Origin: Calcarisporiella thermophila CBS 279.70
Taxonomy: Eukaryota; Fungi; Calcarisporiellomycota
Reading direction: 5' to 3'
Assembly (NCBI RefSeq): GCF_041956535.1
Contig: NW_027192213.1
Coordinates: 115,111 to 179,110, forward strand
Length of the DNA: 64,000 bases
Below the pieces are notes generated by a model, which was not told where the DNA came from, searched no databases, and worked only from the letters and a program-made list of their open reading frames with translations. Each line of letters begins with the position of its first letter. The first letter of the stretch is position 1. Both the position numbers and the translations under genes were made by a program. This document shows positions 36,241-48,279 of this stretch, piece after piece.

Positions 36241-38317
36241 ATGAGAACCATAACATTAATAGCCCTCGTGCTGACATTCACCTGCACCGTCAAGAGTGCC
36301 GCCGTCTCCAGGCGTGGCCTCCTGGACCAGGTCGCCAATAACGCCCACGTCATCGACCACATCAACCTGTTCAACTCCATCGTCAACTCCAATCCCCAGA
36401 CCGCCGAAAACTCAAATGCAAACACGAAGGCCTCCGGCCCCGGCAACAACTCCATTTTCCAGAAGCAGAAGAAGAAGTCGCACCACCACCGCCACCATAG
36501 GAAGAAACATAGGCACAAGCACTGGAGCAGGAGTCTGGAGGAGAAGGAGAAGCGCGGGGTCGTGGACGAATCGGCCAACCAGGCCCATATCGTAGACCAC
36601 GTTAGAATCGCAAATGCCAACGTGGATTCCAACGGGATTGTGGGCGAGAATAGCAACACGAATACCAAGGCAAGTGGGCCCGGCGACAATGCGGATCTGG
36701 GAAGGGCGGTGGGGGAGGGCCTCTACCAGCAAATGCATAACAAGAGAAGACTAGGCGGCCAAGAGAGTGAGGAGCTGCAGAAGCGTGGGCTCCTGGACAA
36801 CAGCGTGAACGGGCTCGATCTCATTGACCACCTATCCCTGATCAACTCGATGGTGAACTCGAATCCCCAGAACAGCGAGAATCGCAACGCAAATACCAAG
36901 GCGAACGGGCCCGGGAACAACTCGAATTATGCAAAGCAGGGAGGCGAAGGCATCTACAAGAAGAAGCACTGGCGCCGTGGGCTGATCGATAATGCGGTGA
37001 ACAACGCAAATCTCCTCGGCCACATCTCGATCTTCAACTCCATGGTGAACTCGAACCCGCAGGACAGCGAGAACCGAAACGTAAACACANNNNNNNNNNN
37101 NNNNNNNNNNNNNNNNNNNNNNNNNNNNNNNNNNNNNNNNNNNNNNNNNNNNNNNNNNNNNNNNNNNNNNNNNNNNNNNNNNNNNNNNNNNNNNNNNNNN
37201 NNNNNNNNNNNNNNNNNNNNNNNNNNNNNNNNNNNNNNNNNNNNNNNNNNNNNNNNNNNNNNNNNNNNNNNNNNNNNNNNNNNNNNNNNNNNNNNNNNNN
37301 NNNNNNNNNNNNNNNNNNNNNNNNNNNNNNNNNNNNNNNNNNNNNNNNNNNNNNNNNNNNNNNNNNNNNNNNNNNNNNNNNNNNNNNNNNNNNNNNNNNN
37401 NNNNNNNNNNNNNNNNNNNNNNNNNNNNNNNNNNNNNNNNNNNNNNNNNNNNNCCCCAGAACAGCGAGAATCGCAACGCAAACACCAAGGCGAACGGGCC
37501 CGGGAACAACTCGAATTATGCAAAGCAGGGAGGCGAAGGCATCTACAAGAAGAAACACTGGCATCGTGGACTCGAGAAGCGCGGGCTGCTCGATAACAGC
37601 GCCAATGGGCTCGACCTCATCGACCACCTTTCCCTGATCAACTCGATGGTGAACTCAAACCCCCAAAACAGCGAGAATCGAAATGCAAACACAAAGGCCA
37701 ACGGGCCTGGAAACAACTCAAACTTCGCGAAACAGCGGGGAGAAGGTATATACAAGAAGAAGAAGCATTGGCGACGTGGGCTTCTAGACAACACGCTCAA
37801 TAACCCCGATATCATCGACCACATTTCAGCCATCGATTCCACCGTAAATTCAAATCCCCAAGATAGCGAGAATCGCAATGCAAACACCAAGGCTTCTGGC
37901 CCAGGAGACAATTCAAACATATCCAAGCAAGGGGGAGAGGGCTTGTACTTCAAACACCACAGCCCCCACCATCACTGGCGGAGGAACACGGAGAACCGCA
38001 ACGCCAACACGGAGACCAATGGGCCCGCCACCACCAACACCCTGGGCTTCCTTGGAAATGGGGGAATTGCAGGACTTTTCGCCCAACGCCCGCCCGCTCG
38101 GGCCACCTCAAGACCCCCTTTGGTACGTCGTGGTCTTCTCGACAACACCCTGAATGGGGCCGACATCCTGGACCACATCAGCCTTCTTGACTCCATGGTC
38201 AACTCTAACCCGCAAGAACAGGAGAACCGCAATGCAAACACGAAGGCATCGGGGCCTGGAAACAACTCCAACCTGGCAAAACAACGGGGCGAAGGAATAT
38301 ATTATAAGCATTATTGA
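36241..38317 (+). CDS. Secreted Kex2-processed repeat protein (KEP-like) made of ~64-aa Asn-rich repeats; interrupted by an assembly gap
   Basis: Signal peptide MRTITLIALVLTFTCTVKSA. At least 8 complete or gap-cut units of (KR/RR)GLLDN..N..D.IDH.S..NSMVNSNPQ.SENRNANTKA.GPGNNSN.AKQ.GEG.Y, plus one truncated unit. TATAAA at 36078. Confidence 0.85.
36313..38314 (+). repeat. Intragenic tandem repeat array, ~190-240 bp units
   Basis: Recurrent AACTCGATGGTGAACTC(G/A)AA(T/C)CCCCA(G/A)AACAGCGAGAATCG... units. The units flanking the gap are near-identical. Confidence 0.9.
37090..37453. other. Assembly gap (run of N) inside the repeat array
   Basis: 364 N residues. Near-identical repeats on both sides explain the collapse. 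Confidence 0.99.
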
Positions 38318-39298
38318 TATTAATATTGTTTGAAAATATAGCCGTTAAATTAATGAATTTTATAGATTTTAATAAATTTTTTAATATTATTATATGGTAA
38401 GCTCGAATATCCGAAAACTACTCTGTGTATCAGTTAATATGGAAAAAGAAATTAGCGATGGTGCTTTTTATGTCATCCGCTGGATTGAGAAGCAACAGGG
38501 CTAGGGTTGCTAACCTAAATTTGTGGAGAAAAAGCTGAGCAACCCAACAACTGACCGAAGTGTCTCTCCTCGGCTGTCCTTTTTTTTTTTAATTGAGGGC
38601 TTTCCTCCCAATTTGATTATCCGAATTCAAGCGAGAACGAGCAGCACCTAGCCAAGGGTCATCTTTTATTCCTCTTGGGCCCACTCGCGAATGTCATCTA
38701 TCCTCTAATTCTATTATTCTCCCTTCTCTTATCATTTCTTCTAATTCAAGGTTTTTATTTGGAAAAGTAGAAGAGGAAGAGAGCTTAAAAACGGTGAAAA
38801 GGAAAAAAAGAGTTGGTTTAATGAAAAAAAGCTTTTTTTGCTCCAAACTACCCCTTTAATATTTTTCCTAATATTTTTCGCTTTATTACGTGCTGGCCTT
38901 TTCTTATATTTTATTTCTCCTCCTAATCATTGCCAATTGATATTTTTGCCACCCCTTGGTATCGCATTTCTGTTAGCCAGTTTGCCTCGCCTATTTTAGT
39001 CGGTGAGTTGGGATGGAATCGGGATGGACGGAGACTTTACCTGAGGATTCTAAGAATGCTGACGCCTCTTATCTTTTTTTTTTTTGATAGTGGAGAAACC
39101 GAAGCTAGTTATCATTCAAGTTATCAAGTGTGCATTAAAAGGAAGCAGCGGTGAGTGCTCTCCCTCATTTCTTGTTCTCTGTGCTCTCCCTCCTGGTGGA
39201 GACGCGTCATCTAATGCAATTTCCCTCATTCCCCTATTTAGATTGAAAACTTCATCCTTGCGTAAGCACATTCCCGGCAAAGATTTTTAAAAAACATT

Positions 39299-42200
39299 AT
39301 GGATCAGGGATTTACCGACAGCGTCTATTACTCCGACCGACTCCAATCGCATCTGGCCCGCAAGCGCAAGTCCGAACCCTCATGTTTTGCAGACTATTCT
39401 TCCGCCCTCAATCTCGACACTTCCAACGTGGAGTTTCCTCCTAGTGGTGGCGTCGCAAAATGGGAAGAGGCCATGCGCCCGGATGAGGTGGTTTGGCCGG
39501 TCACGAGCAACAGTAACAGTAGCTGCGGCGGTGGTAGCACTACCAGCAGCGGGATGGAGGCTTACTCCCGCGATAGTATCATGGGCGTGGATCCGATTTT
39601 CGGCTATGCCAATAACGAGGGCGAGATGGGTTTCCCGAATGGAACCGCCAATTTCGAAATGGATTTCGAGAACGGCGAGGGCATGATGATGGGTAACGAC
39701 GGGATGAGGAGCACGGGGCCGAATATCAGTGGAGATTCTGCTGGAAGTTTTGCCGCCATGGATTCTGGGTTTGGAATGGCAGGGATCGATCGATGGGACG
39801 GTGCGCCATTGGATCCTACGGGACGCAACACCATGGAGGAGGCAATGACAAATGTGTCCAACATGACGAATACCTCGGCTGGCGCGGGAATCGCGGAGCG
39901 GAGGCGTGCCCGCCCGCAGATGCTCCGTCTCAACAACCTCGATATGAACTTCGCCTATGCCGCGGCGGCGGCAGCCGCCTCCGCACCCAACAACGAAATG
40001 TTTCCAGGAGAGTCCCCGCTTACTCCCGCGTTTTTTTCCCCCGCATTTGCTGAGGCGCTTGCGGCGATTGATGCTGCGGCCCACGCTGGAGCAGGGGAGG
40101 CGAGGATCTTTAGCGGCGTTGAGCCCGGTATCAACGAGGTCTTCATGGGGGCTCCGGCCGCCGAATTCCCAAGGGCAATATTTGGCGGAGCCGTAGGCGG
40201 AGAAGAGGGCCGAGAGGCTGAGGGCGGAGGAGTAGTGGACCCTGGTGCTATTCACCCCCGAGTCGAATCCTCGCTCCCCACCCCCACTACCGCTACGATA
40301 CCCGCCGCCCTTACCCAGGCCCCCGTTGCAACTCGCCCAGTCTCGACTGGAAGTAATAAGGTACGACGTCCGACCTCACGGCGAAACTCGCGCTCCTCGG
40401 TTAAGAGCCCCGTAAACTCGGTTCCCAACTCTCGAGCAACCACCCCCCCCAGTCCTCCGAAACGGCTCACCTCGTACAAAGAGGAAGACGAAGACGAAGA
40501 AGAGGCGGGAGGTTTTGAAGGCAGGCATGATAAGGCGATGGGGCGCCCGGACACTAGCAACTCAAATAAAACTGCCGCTGTCATGCAGGACGTGGAGCGG
40601 TATCTCGGCTATCCCCTTGCGGCCGGCGAAAGACGACTCCTCATCTTCACTTCCAAGGTAGCGCAAAAATCGTACGGCACTGAAAAGCGCTTCCTCTGCC
40701 CACCTCCCATTGCGCTACTCCTCGGTGTAGGGTGGTGGCCTTCAAAGCTTGCGGTGGGTGTCTCTGGTGAGCCGCAGCTCACCCCGATTGAATGGACCAC
40801 CAACGAGGGCACTGTGCTGGAGGAGGATAGGGCGCCGCCGGAGGGAGAAGACGTGGTTATGGGGCGGTGCATTGCGAAGCAGTTGTATATCAATGACGTG
40901 GATGAAAAACGAAAGCGCGTGGAGGTTGTGGTGAAGGTTAGTGAGGGCAATGTGCCGGGTGGGACCTACTCAAGCCGACCAATTAAGGTGATTTCAAAGC
41001 CTAGCAAGAAGAGACAAAGCGCAAAGAACATTGAATGTGAGTTAACTTTCTACCGGGAAATCCTAACTCTCCGTCGATATTACCCCTGACAGAATTTGCT
41101 AACCAACTCCATTTTTTTTCTATTATTTTGTTGGATATGGCACAGTGTGTATCCATCACGGCACCACCATTGCGCTCTTTAACCGAATCCGCTCGCAAAC
41201 GGTCTCCACCAAGTATCTTGGCACTGACACCCACGATCGCTATCACCTTGTCAACCCCAAACAATCCACCCCGCCCATGGAGAACGCAGTTTTCGTGGCT
41301 CGTACAAGCGGATGGGACCCCTACGTGATTTGGATTGTAGACTTACGGCAACACGAGCCGGCTACCCCACCATTCCCCGGATGTCCATCCCCACCCGCAA
41401 TTGCTCAGGCCGGCCCCCAGGTGCCGGTACACTATAACCAGCCCGTGGTGTTGCAATGCTTGACCACTGGGCTTGTAAGCCCGGTGATGATCATAAGGCG
41501 GGTGGACAAGGGAAGCTGGGTCGTGGGGGGAGGTGCAGCGCCTGGAGTCGTTGGAAGTGGCCTACACGGAAGAGCGGGTTTATGGGGCGAGGAGGGGATC
41601 GGGGACCCAGTATCTCAGCTGCATAAGGTCGCCTTTGAGATTCGAGACGTACACGCGGGCGATTTTGTGGATCCGTCACGACCAGGAGTGTATCTGGCAT
41701 GTTTGCCAGAGGGGGTCGGCCAAGGCAGGGCCGTGGAAGGGAGCAGAAAAAGCTTGACCCCGATAGCAGAGGGCGGCTCCGGAGTGCTGGGGTGGGGCAG
41801 TGGGGGATGGGTATCTCCCTCTCAGCAGCATGCACAGAGACATTCCCCCTCCGACCAAGAAGAAGGCCAGGAGGGAGAAGGAAGCGAGGCTGAAGAGCCG
41901 CGCGCCGTAACTGCATGCGTGGAAGAGGGGCGTGCCGTTCGGAAACGTAGAGTATCCCTGAACGGTTCTGGGTTTGGTGGCACCGGAGGAGGTCGCCGCC
42001 GAGTGAATAGCGTTGGGGCAGGGCTGGGAATGGAAACCTCGCGACTGAGCGAGCACCATCAACAGCACACGGGCGGAAGAAGGCGCAGGATGAGCGCCAG
42101 CGTGTCCGAGAGTAGTAGCCGCGGAGTCGGAACAGGTGGCGGAGGATTTCTTGCTAGTGCATGGACGGAAGATGTAACGGACTTTGGGGTGTGGACCATT

Positions 42201-42443
42201 GTTGGGACGGACGTGGCACTGCACTCGTTTCTACCCACGTATAGCACGGGTGAAGAGCAAGAGCTAGAGGAAGAGGAGGAGGAGGAGGTCGGGCCGGTGG
42301 GAGTGAAGGAGGTTGTGGAGGGGGTGGAGATGGGGGTAGAGGACGAGGGGAGTAGACACTTGATGAACGCCATGCCAGTAGGTGTAGAGTCAGTCAACTC
42401 AGGATGGTCTGGCGGGGTTGCACGCGGCATGGTACGTGGGTGA
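39299..42443 (+). CDS. CSL (CBF1/Su(H)/LAG-1) family transcription factor, fungal type (intron 41037-41144)
   Basis: Motifs SKVAQKSYGTEKRFLCPPP, GRCIAKQLYINDVDEKRK, IKVISKPSKKRQS, LCIHHGTTIALFNRIRSQTVSTKYL, VHYNQPVVLQCLTTGLVSPVMIIRRVDK, GDPVSQLHKVAF and WTIVGTD. Confidence 0.92.
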
Positions 42444-43049
42444 ATTGCTTGATATAACTTGTAAAAAATTCCTTTTTATTCAACAAAAAGGAGAAATGCT
42501 ATCGGAAAAATCGTGGATTTAGGTGTCTGCAATTTTATTTTTATGAATATATAGTTATAAATATACGTACAATAAGTTACTTCTCTTTGTATATGCTTAA
42601 CTTCACTTTAAGATATTTTTTTTCCTCTTTTTCCTCCTCCTTTGGATAATCGTCTATATTGTTCCATTTTCTTCTTATTCGTCTTTCGAGTAACTTCTAT
42701 GTATTGCAATTCTCTTTTATTTTCCTTTTTTCTTTTTTCTTTTTTTTTTTTTGTTTTCAAGTATTTATACTCGACTGATTTTTCTCTAAATGCAAAAATG
42801 ATTTATATGTCAAAGAGTTTATTCGAGAGGTAAAAGAGAAAAAAAACAAACAAATATATATTATATATATATAAGGAAAAGAAAATAAAACACAGAAGAG
42901 TATTTTTAGGCAAAAAGTGATGTAAGCTAACACATGAAAAAAAAAAAAAGATTTTGGGGAAAGAAAAGTCCATTAGACCTCTTGGATTTTGTTGTGCTTA
43001 ATTATTTTTGAGCTATGAGAGCAGAGAGCAAACGACCCTAGCTGGCTAT

Positions 43050-44405
43050 CTAATCATCGCCAAAGGTGATCTTTTTACCCTGGAACTCCTGCACTGACCC
43101 GCGGTTGGCTGCCGCTGCCCGGTTGGGTGTTCCTCCACGACCGCCACGGCCGCCACGTCCACCCCGACCTCCACGGGGGGTTCCTCCGCGACCTCCACGC
43201 CCACCCCTAGGGGTACCACTGCCACCCCCATCTCTCCGCTGGCCGGCAAAGTCCAACCGTACATTGCGTCCGCACAGATCGGTCTCATTGGCGGCAATAG
43301 CAGCCTTAGCGGTTTCAACATCGGGGAACTCAACATAGCCAAAGCCCTTGAACCGGCCGGTCTCGCGGTCAGTGGGCAGACGGACAGACACCACCTCACC
43401 ATAGGACTCAAAGAAGGACCGAACGTCGTCTTCGGTGACGTTGAAGGAGAGATTGCCCATGAAGAGGGTGTTGCTCTCCTCGGATTGGGGCTGATTGTTA
43501 AACTGCTTGCGGTTCTGTCCAGGGGTAGCCGACTTGTCACCTCGTGGGTTGGCAAGATCGACACGGATAGCACGACCGTCGACCTCCTTGCCCGCAAGGC
43601 TGAGAGCCTTTTGTGCCGCCTCACCATCAGCAAAGTCAACATATCCGTAGCCCTTTGACCGGCCTGACTCACGCTCGGTCACAATGCGAGCGCCTGTGAC
43701 CTCACCACATTCAGCAAACACCTCCATGAGTGAATTTTCGTCAGTATTCCAGGAGAGATTTCCAACAAACACGGACTGAGGTTCAGACTCAACACGGCCT
43801 TTCTTAGCATTAGGGGTCTCGGCATCATCGGTGCGCTTGCGCTTCTTCTCAGATTCGACCTCCATCTCTTCCTCGGACTCAGACTCTTCAGAGGAAGACG
43901 ACTCTTCCGACGAGGACTCTTTTGATTCTTCCTTTTCTTCCTCCTCCTCCTCTGAGGATGACTCGTCGCTGGATTCTTCTTCCGATGATTCCTCCTTCTT
44001 GCCCTTGGCCTTAGGCTTCTTTTCTTCTTCCTCTTCTTCGTCAGAGGACTCCTCCGAGGATTCATCCGAAGATTCCTCCTTTTTGGCACTAGCCTTTACA
44101 GCTTTGGCAGGGGCCATCTCCTCTTCCTCATCCTCGCTGGATGAATCGCTGCTCTCTTCTGAAGACTCCTCTTTCTCTGAAGCAGATTCCTTCTTCTCAT
44201 CCTCGGAAGACGAGGATGAAGACTCATCGCTTGACTCCTCTTCAGAAGACTCTTCCTCTGAGGATGATTCCTGCTGTTTCTTCTTCTCCTCTGCCTTCTT
44301 TTGTTCTACCAACTTCTTTTTCTCGGCGGTTTTGGCACCCTTCTTCTCGGCGGTCGCAACCTTCCCGTTCACACCGTTTGCTTTTTTAACGCTAGATTTA
44401 CCCAT
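43050..44405 (-). CDS. NSR1: Nucleolin-like protein Nsr1/Gar2, intronless
   Basis: Acidic Ser/Glu N-terminus, two RRMs (VFVGNLSWN...RSKGYGYVDF and LFMGNLSF...RFKGFGYVEF), an RGG box, and C-terminal FQGKKITF. Confidence 0.93.
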   Translation of the reverse strand: MGKSSVKKANGVNGKVATAEKKGAKTAEKKKLVEQKKAEEKKKQQESSSEEESSEEESSDESSSSSSEDEKKESASEKEESSEESSDSSSEDEEEEMAPAKAVKASAKKEESSDESSEESSDEEEEEEKKPKAKGKKEESSEEESSDESSSEEEEEEKEESKESSSEESSSSEESESEEEMEVESEKKRKRTDDAETPNAKKGRVESEPQSVFVGNLSWNTDENSLMEVFAECGEVTGARIVTERESGRSKGYGYVDFADGEAAQKALSLAGKEVDGRAIRVDLANPRGDKSATPGQNRKQFNNQPQSEESNTLFMGNLSFNVTEDDVRSFFESYGEVVSVRLPTDRETGRFKGFGYVEFPDVETAKAAIAANETDLCGRNVRLDFAGQRRDGGGSGTPRGGRGGRGGTPRGGRGGRGGRGGRGGTPNRAAAANRGSVQEFQGKKITFGDD

Positions 44406-44648
44406 ATTTATAGGAAATTATAGGAGTGAGAGGGATATAGAGGAAAGTAGAGAGGAAAAGAGAGAGTGGTAAAGGGTAAGAAAGTAAACAGAAAAAAAAT
44501 TAGGACGGTTTTTTTGTGAAATTTTGTTTACTTCTGTGACTTGCTATCTGTTGAGGGTAATTTTTAATTATATCCGTGCTTATTGTCTACCAAGAGGGTA
44601 GAGGGTAGAGGGTAGTGGGTAGAAGCCATTAAAATATTTGAAAATAAA

Positions 44649-46192
44649 ATGACAGAACCCAAGCGTCCTCGTGGGCTAAAACGTTCTACAGAAGATGCTA
44701 ACACCGAAGTAACAGAAAAGCGCCCGAAGCAATTGGGGGAGAATGAGGTCGAACAAGAGGGCAATGAGGAGACAGAAACACTAGTGTTTCGAGGCGAAGG
44801 CGCGGAAGAAGTCGACGACATCAAGGAGCTTCGCATGATATACGAAAGTGCAGTGGAAAAGCTAGGTAAATTATCTCGCCTCAGCCTAAGGGGAAAGTTA
44901 TTAATCAGTCTTCCTTTTCTCCTTCCAGGCTCCAGTGCACCCAAGTCAGCGCTCAGCCTTCTGCGCGGAGCTATTCATGAATGTGACCGCATTCTTCGCA
45001 CCCAGCCGGAAAACCAGCGCCCTCCTTATATCTTCTATTGGGTATATGCAAGTGCATTACAAGATTTGGGAGAGCTCCTAGAGGCGGATGGCGAAGAATC
45101 TTGTATTCCATATGTGGATGAAGCTTTGGACCGGTTGGAGCGAGGGGCGGAGAGGCTAGAAGAAGCAGAGGAAGGCGACAAGGAAGAGGGATGGAAGCTT
45201 TGGCTGGCATTCGGGAATGCACTAATGAAAAAAGTATGGCTTTTCTTCAGCCCATTCTTTTGGTGTATCTTGTTCCTTATTCTTTGCTTATTATTAGGCA
45301 ACGCAGGCGCTTAAAGAAAATAACAAAAAAAGATCCTCCAAAGGCAAGGATAAACGTCGAAGTGATGAAGAATTCGCCGTTCAGGCGGTCGAAAAATTCG
45401 AGCAGGCTTCTGCTGAGAGGTGGGAGAGCGCAAGGAATGAGGTGTTGATGCGAGCAGCAGATTTGGTGCAGGCCTTTGGAGACTTACGTGAGGATTGGGA
45501 TGGTCGCGAAAAATGGAACCTTTGGGCAATTAGTAAATATGAAATTGCGATTAAACGTATGCAAAACTCCTTTGGATATTTCTCGTAACATCCACTGATG
45601 AGCGCTCTTGTTAACCATTAATAGCGGAATCGAACCCACTGGCAGCGTACACTGGGCTTGGAAGCTGCTACCTTTCGCTCGCAAATTACTGGTTAGAGCA
45701 AATCGATTCCGATGAAGGAGAGGAAGGAGCCGAGGAAAAAGAAACAAATGAAGAAGAGTTAACCGAAGAGGAAAAGAAGGCAGCAGGATATTTGGAGAAG
45801 AGTAAGCCCTATGGTCTAGAGCTAGCTCATCATATTCGCTGTACTAATATTGGATCCATTTTATTAGGTGTAGATTATTATAAACGTGCCCTCGATATTG
45901 CCAAGGAAAAAGACTGCATTAATAGTGAACTTCTTACTATGGTACCACTTTGTTACCTATAGCCTTTTATTAACTTTTCGTCAACATACTCATAATGCTT
46001 CTTTCTTTTTTTAACCAGCTCTCAGAAGCACTAATCAACTTAGCAAATCTTACCCTCAATGACGAGGAACAGACGGCGCTCTACCGGGAAGCTGTAACTT
46101 TATTGAAACAGGCTCGCGGCATGGGTCATACTTTGCCAGCTCAGTTCGAAGAGTTTATTGAAGAGTGGGAGCGTGAATTAGATGAGAACTAA
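44649..46192 (+). CDS. ETT1: Ett1/Nro1 (enhancer of translation termination / Ofd1 inhibitor) homolog, multi-exon
   Basis: N-terminal KRPRGL, LLRGAIHECDRILR, YASALQDLG...YVDEALDRLERG, and C-terminal LSEALINLANL...EEQTALYREAV. Confidence 0.75.
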
Positions 46193-47179
46193 GATATCGT
46201 TTTGGACTTTTCCTTCTTATATGAAATTTAATAGAGTGCTATTATGCATTTTTCTTATTTCATGCTGAGATGAAAACATTATGAGAGCAATTGGTGCGTA
46301 TAAGATTTAAACAAATTTTGGATTGGACTGCTACCATCTAATATACATCAACCTCTTGTCCATTAACACCAACAAATCCCTGTGCTCTATCAGAGCCCTG
46401 CCATTCTCCTAATGGAACTAGGTGTGCCCTGTAGGTAACATTTAAAACAGGGATAAATGTTGCAGATTTTAAAATGTGTATATGAATAAAAGGAATCGTG
46501 GCCTCTTCTTGGCAGCTGCATGGAAATGAACACAGTTATAGACACAGAGGCGAGAGTATTTATACTATTGAAGGGTCTTACTATATAATGGATCTACAAT
46601 GGCTTGAATTCATCTATTTACTCAAGTATCAATCTGCCGCCTATTCACACTCATCCGTGCAATGCCAATTTGGAAATTCTCCAAAAAATATTCGATGGGG
46701 AGCTCGCAACTGATTGGTCATAAATGTGGTCCAGTGGCTTGCAAAAATTTTACACTATGACTTCTCAGATAGTATGCACTGACTGAATGCACTATGAAAG
46801 ACATAAAACTCCCTTGCAAAATGCAAAAAATCTCAAGAAACTATTATGCGTCTCATCCATCCTATTGATCTCACCGATATTTAAGCCTCCAGATCATCCC
46901 CAACTATTTTTCCTTGTTTCTTTGCGGATTTGGTGAACAAGTACTCTGAGTTTTATCCCACGGTTTAGTGTCGGAAAAATCAGCTTTCTTGTTCACGCAA
47001 ATAGCCATTTCCCTTGCTAGTGTGCCTCTAAAAGTAAATGCGTTTACTTCATCCACCATACTACTACTATAAAAAAAATTAAATGGTTTACTAGTATTGG
47101 AGTGAGGAGAAGAGATATTACAGGATAATTACGGACAAAATGAATATCAATATTAAGCATTAGTGATAGATTAATAGTG

Positions 47180-48279
47180 CTAAAGTATAGTTTGGATGAG
47201 ATCATTAAGCTCAAAGGATTCCGCACCAACGGAGCACCCAAATCCCACATTGAAATAGGCATTATGATCAGAAATATTGAAAAACGTTTCCGAATTGGAG
47301 CAGTTGGGATCTTCATTCATAAGGCATTGAACCGCCTGCTCGTCCTCTCGAATCCACACTTCAACGCCATGACGCCTCCATCCACTTAACAGTGTAGGAA
47401 CGTGGGGAACCGGATCTCGCTTGTTGATGAAGGTTTTCGATAGGATGCCAAGTCGATCGAAATGATTGGCGAAATTTGCGTCTCCAAGACGCGGCTCTCC
47501 GAAGGTTGCAAGGGAGACTTCCTGTGGAATCGATTGGGATGCTCGAAGATCCATGGCACATAGGCTGGCAATTGCCCCTCCTCGGCTATGACCTGTGATT
47601 AAAATCGAGTGGTCGGGATGCTGCTGCAAGAGCGACGACACTGCCTCAAGGACTAAGGGACGAGCCTCCAAATACGACTCCCAGAAGCCGAGATGTACCT
47701 GGCTATCCTCTGTTCCCGGCATATCAACCTAGTTAAACAGCGTGATAAGAGGGTTGGAAGTTTAGTCAATGGCCCCACAATGGTATCCTATCTCCGAACT
47801 CGGACAGTTACCCTTAAGAGCTTTAGGTTCTCTATCCAATTTTTCAGCGACATCGTGCCTCCAAAACCCACTACAATGACTTTGCCGACCGTGTCTCTTG
47901 CCACATACCCGTTGACTCCATACTTGTTTGTATGAAAGTATGTGTTCAGTTCGAAATGCTGGAAATCACTGCAATATCTTCCACAATTAAACCCATTTCT
48001 AAAATCTTGACAATATCCTATCGATGCGAGCTTCACTAGAGGTTTCATAGAGTCCAATTCGTTATCCGAAAGGAAATAGTACTTTTTAGTGGTGGGAATT
48101 TCTCGCATGGTGGAGAGGGAGTTGCGGAGCAGAGAGTTTGAGTCAGTATTTGAGTTGCGCGGTATGAGAGAGCCTGAGAGTCTATGAGTTGCCTCGTTGC
48201 GGAGGTAGGGGAAAGCATTGCTGGTAGTCAAGCAGAGCAAAAGCGACGCAGAGAAATGAAAAATGCTGGCCAGATGCAT
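47180..48279 (-). CDS. Secreted class 3 lipase (2 exons)
   Basis: Signal peptide, IVVGFGGTMSLKNWIENL, VHLGFWESY, ITGHSRGGAIASL, TFGEPRLGD, RDPVPHVP and SDHNAYF (Ser-Asp-His triad). Confidence 0.92.

Noticed and set aside
36241-38317. Repeat array as a CRISPR or a dikaritin RiPP cluster; apparent frameshift across the array
   Set aside because: The repeats are in-frame coding units without unique spacers or cas genes, and no DUF3328/UstYa gene is nearby. The frame change coincides with an N-gap of estimated length.
44516-44526. RRPE-like TGAAATTTT in the NSR1/ETT1 divergent promoter
   Set aside because: Plausible for a ribosome-biogenesis gene, but it is a single AT-rich 9-mer and too weak to call.
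46378-46465. Short inverted repeats (ATCCCTGT/ACAGGGAT and AACATTTA/TAAATGTT) suggesting an ncRNA or MITE
   Set aside because: The stems are only 8 bp, with no snoRNA boxes, target-site duplication or second copy in the window.
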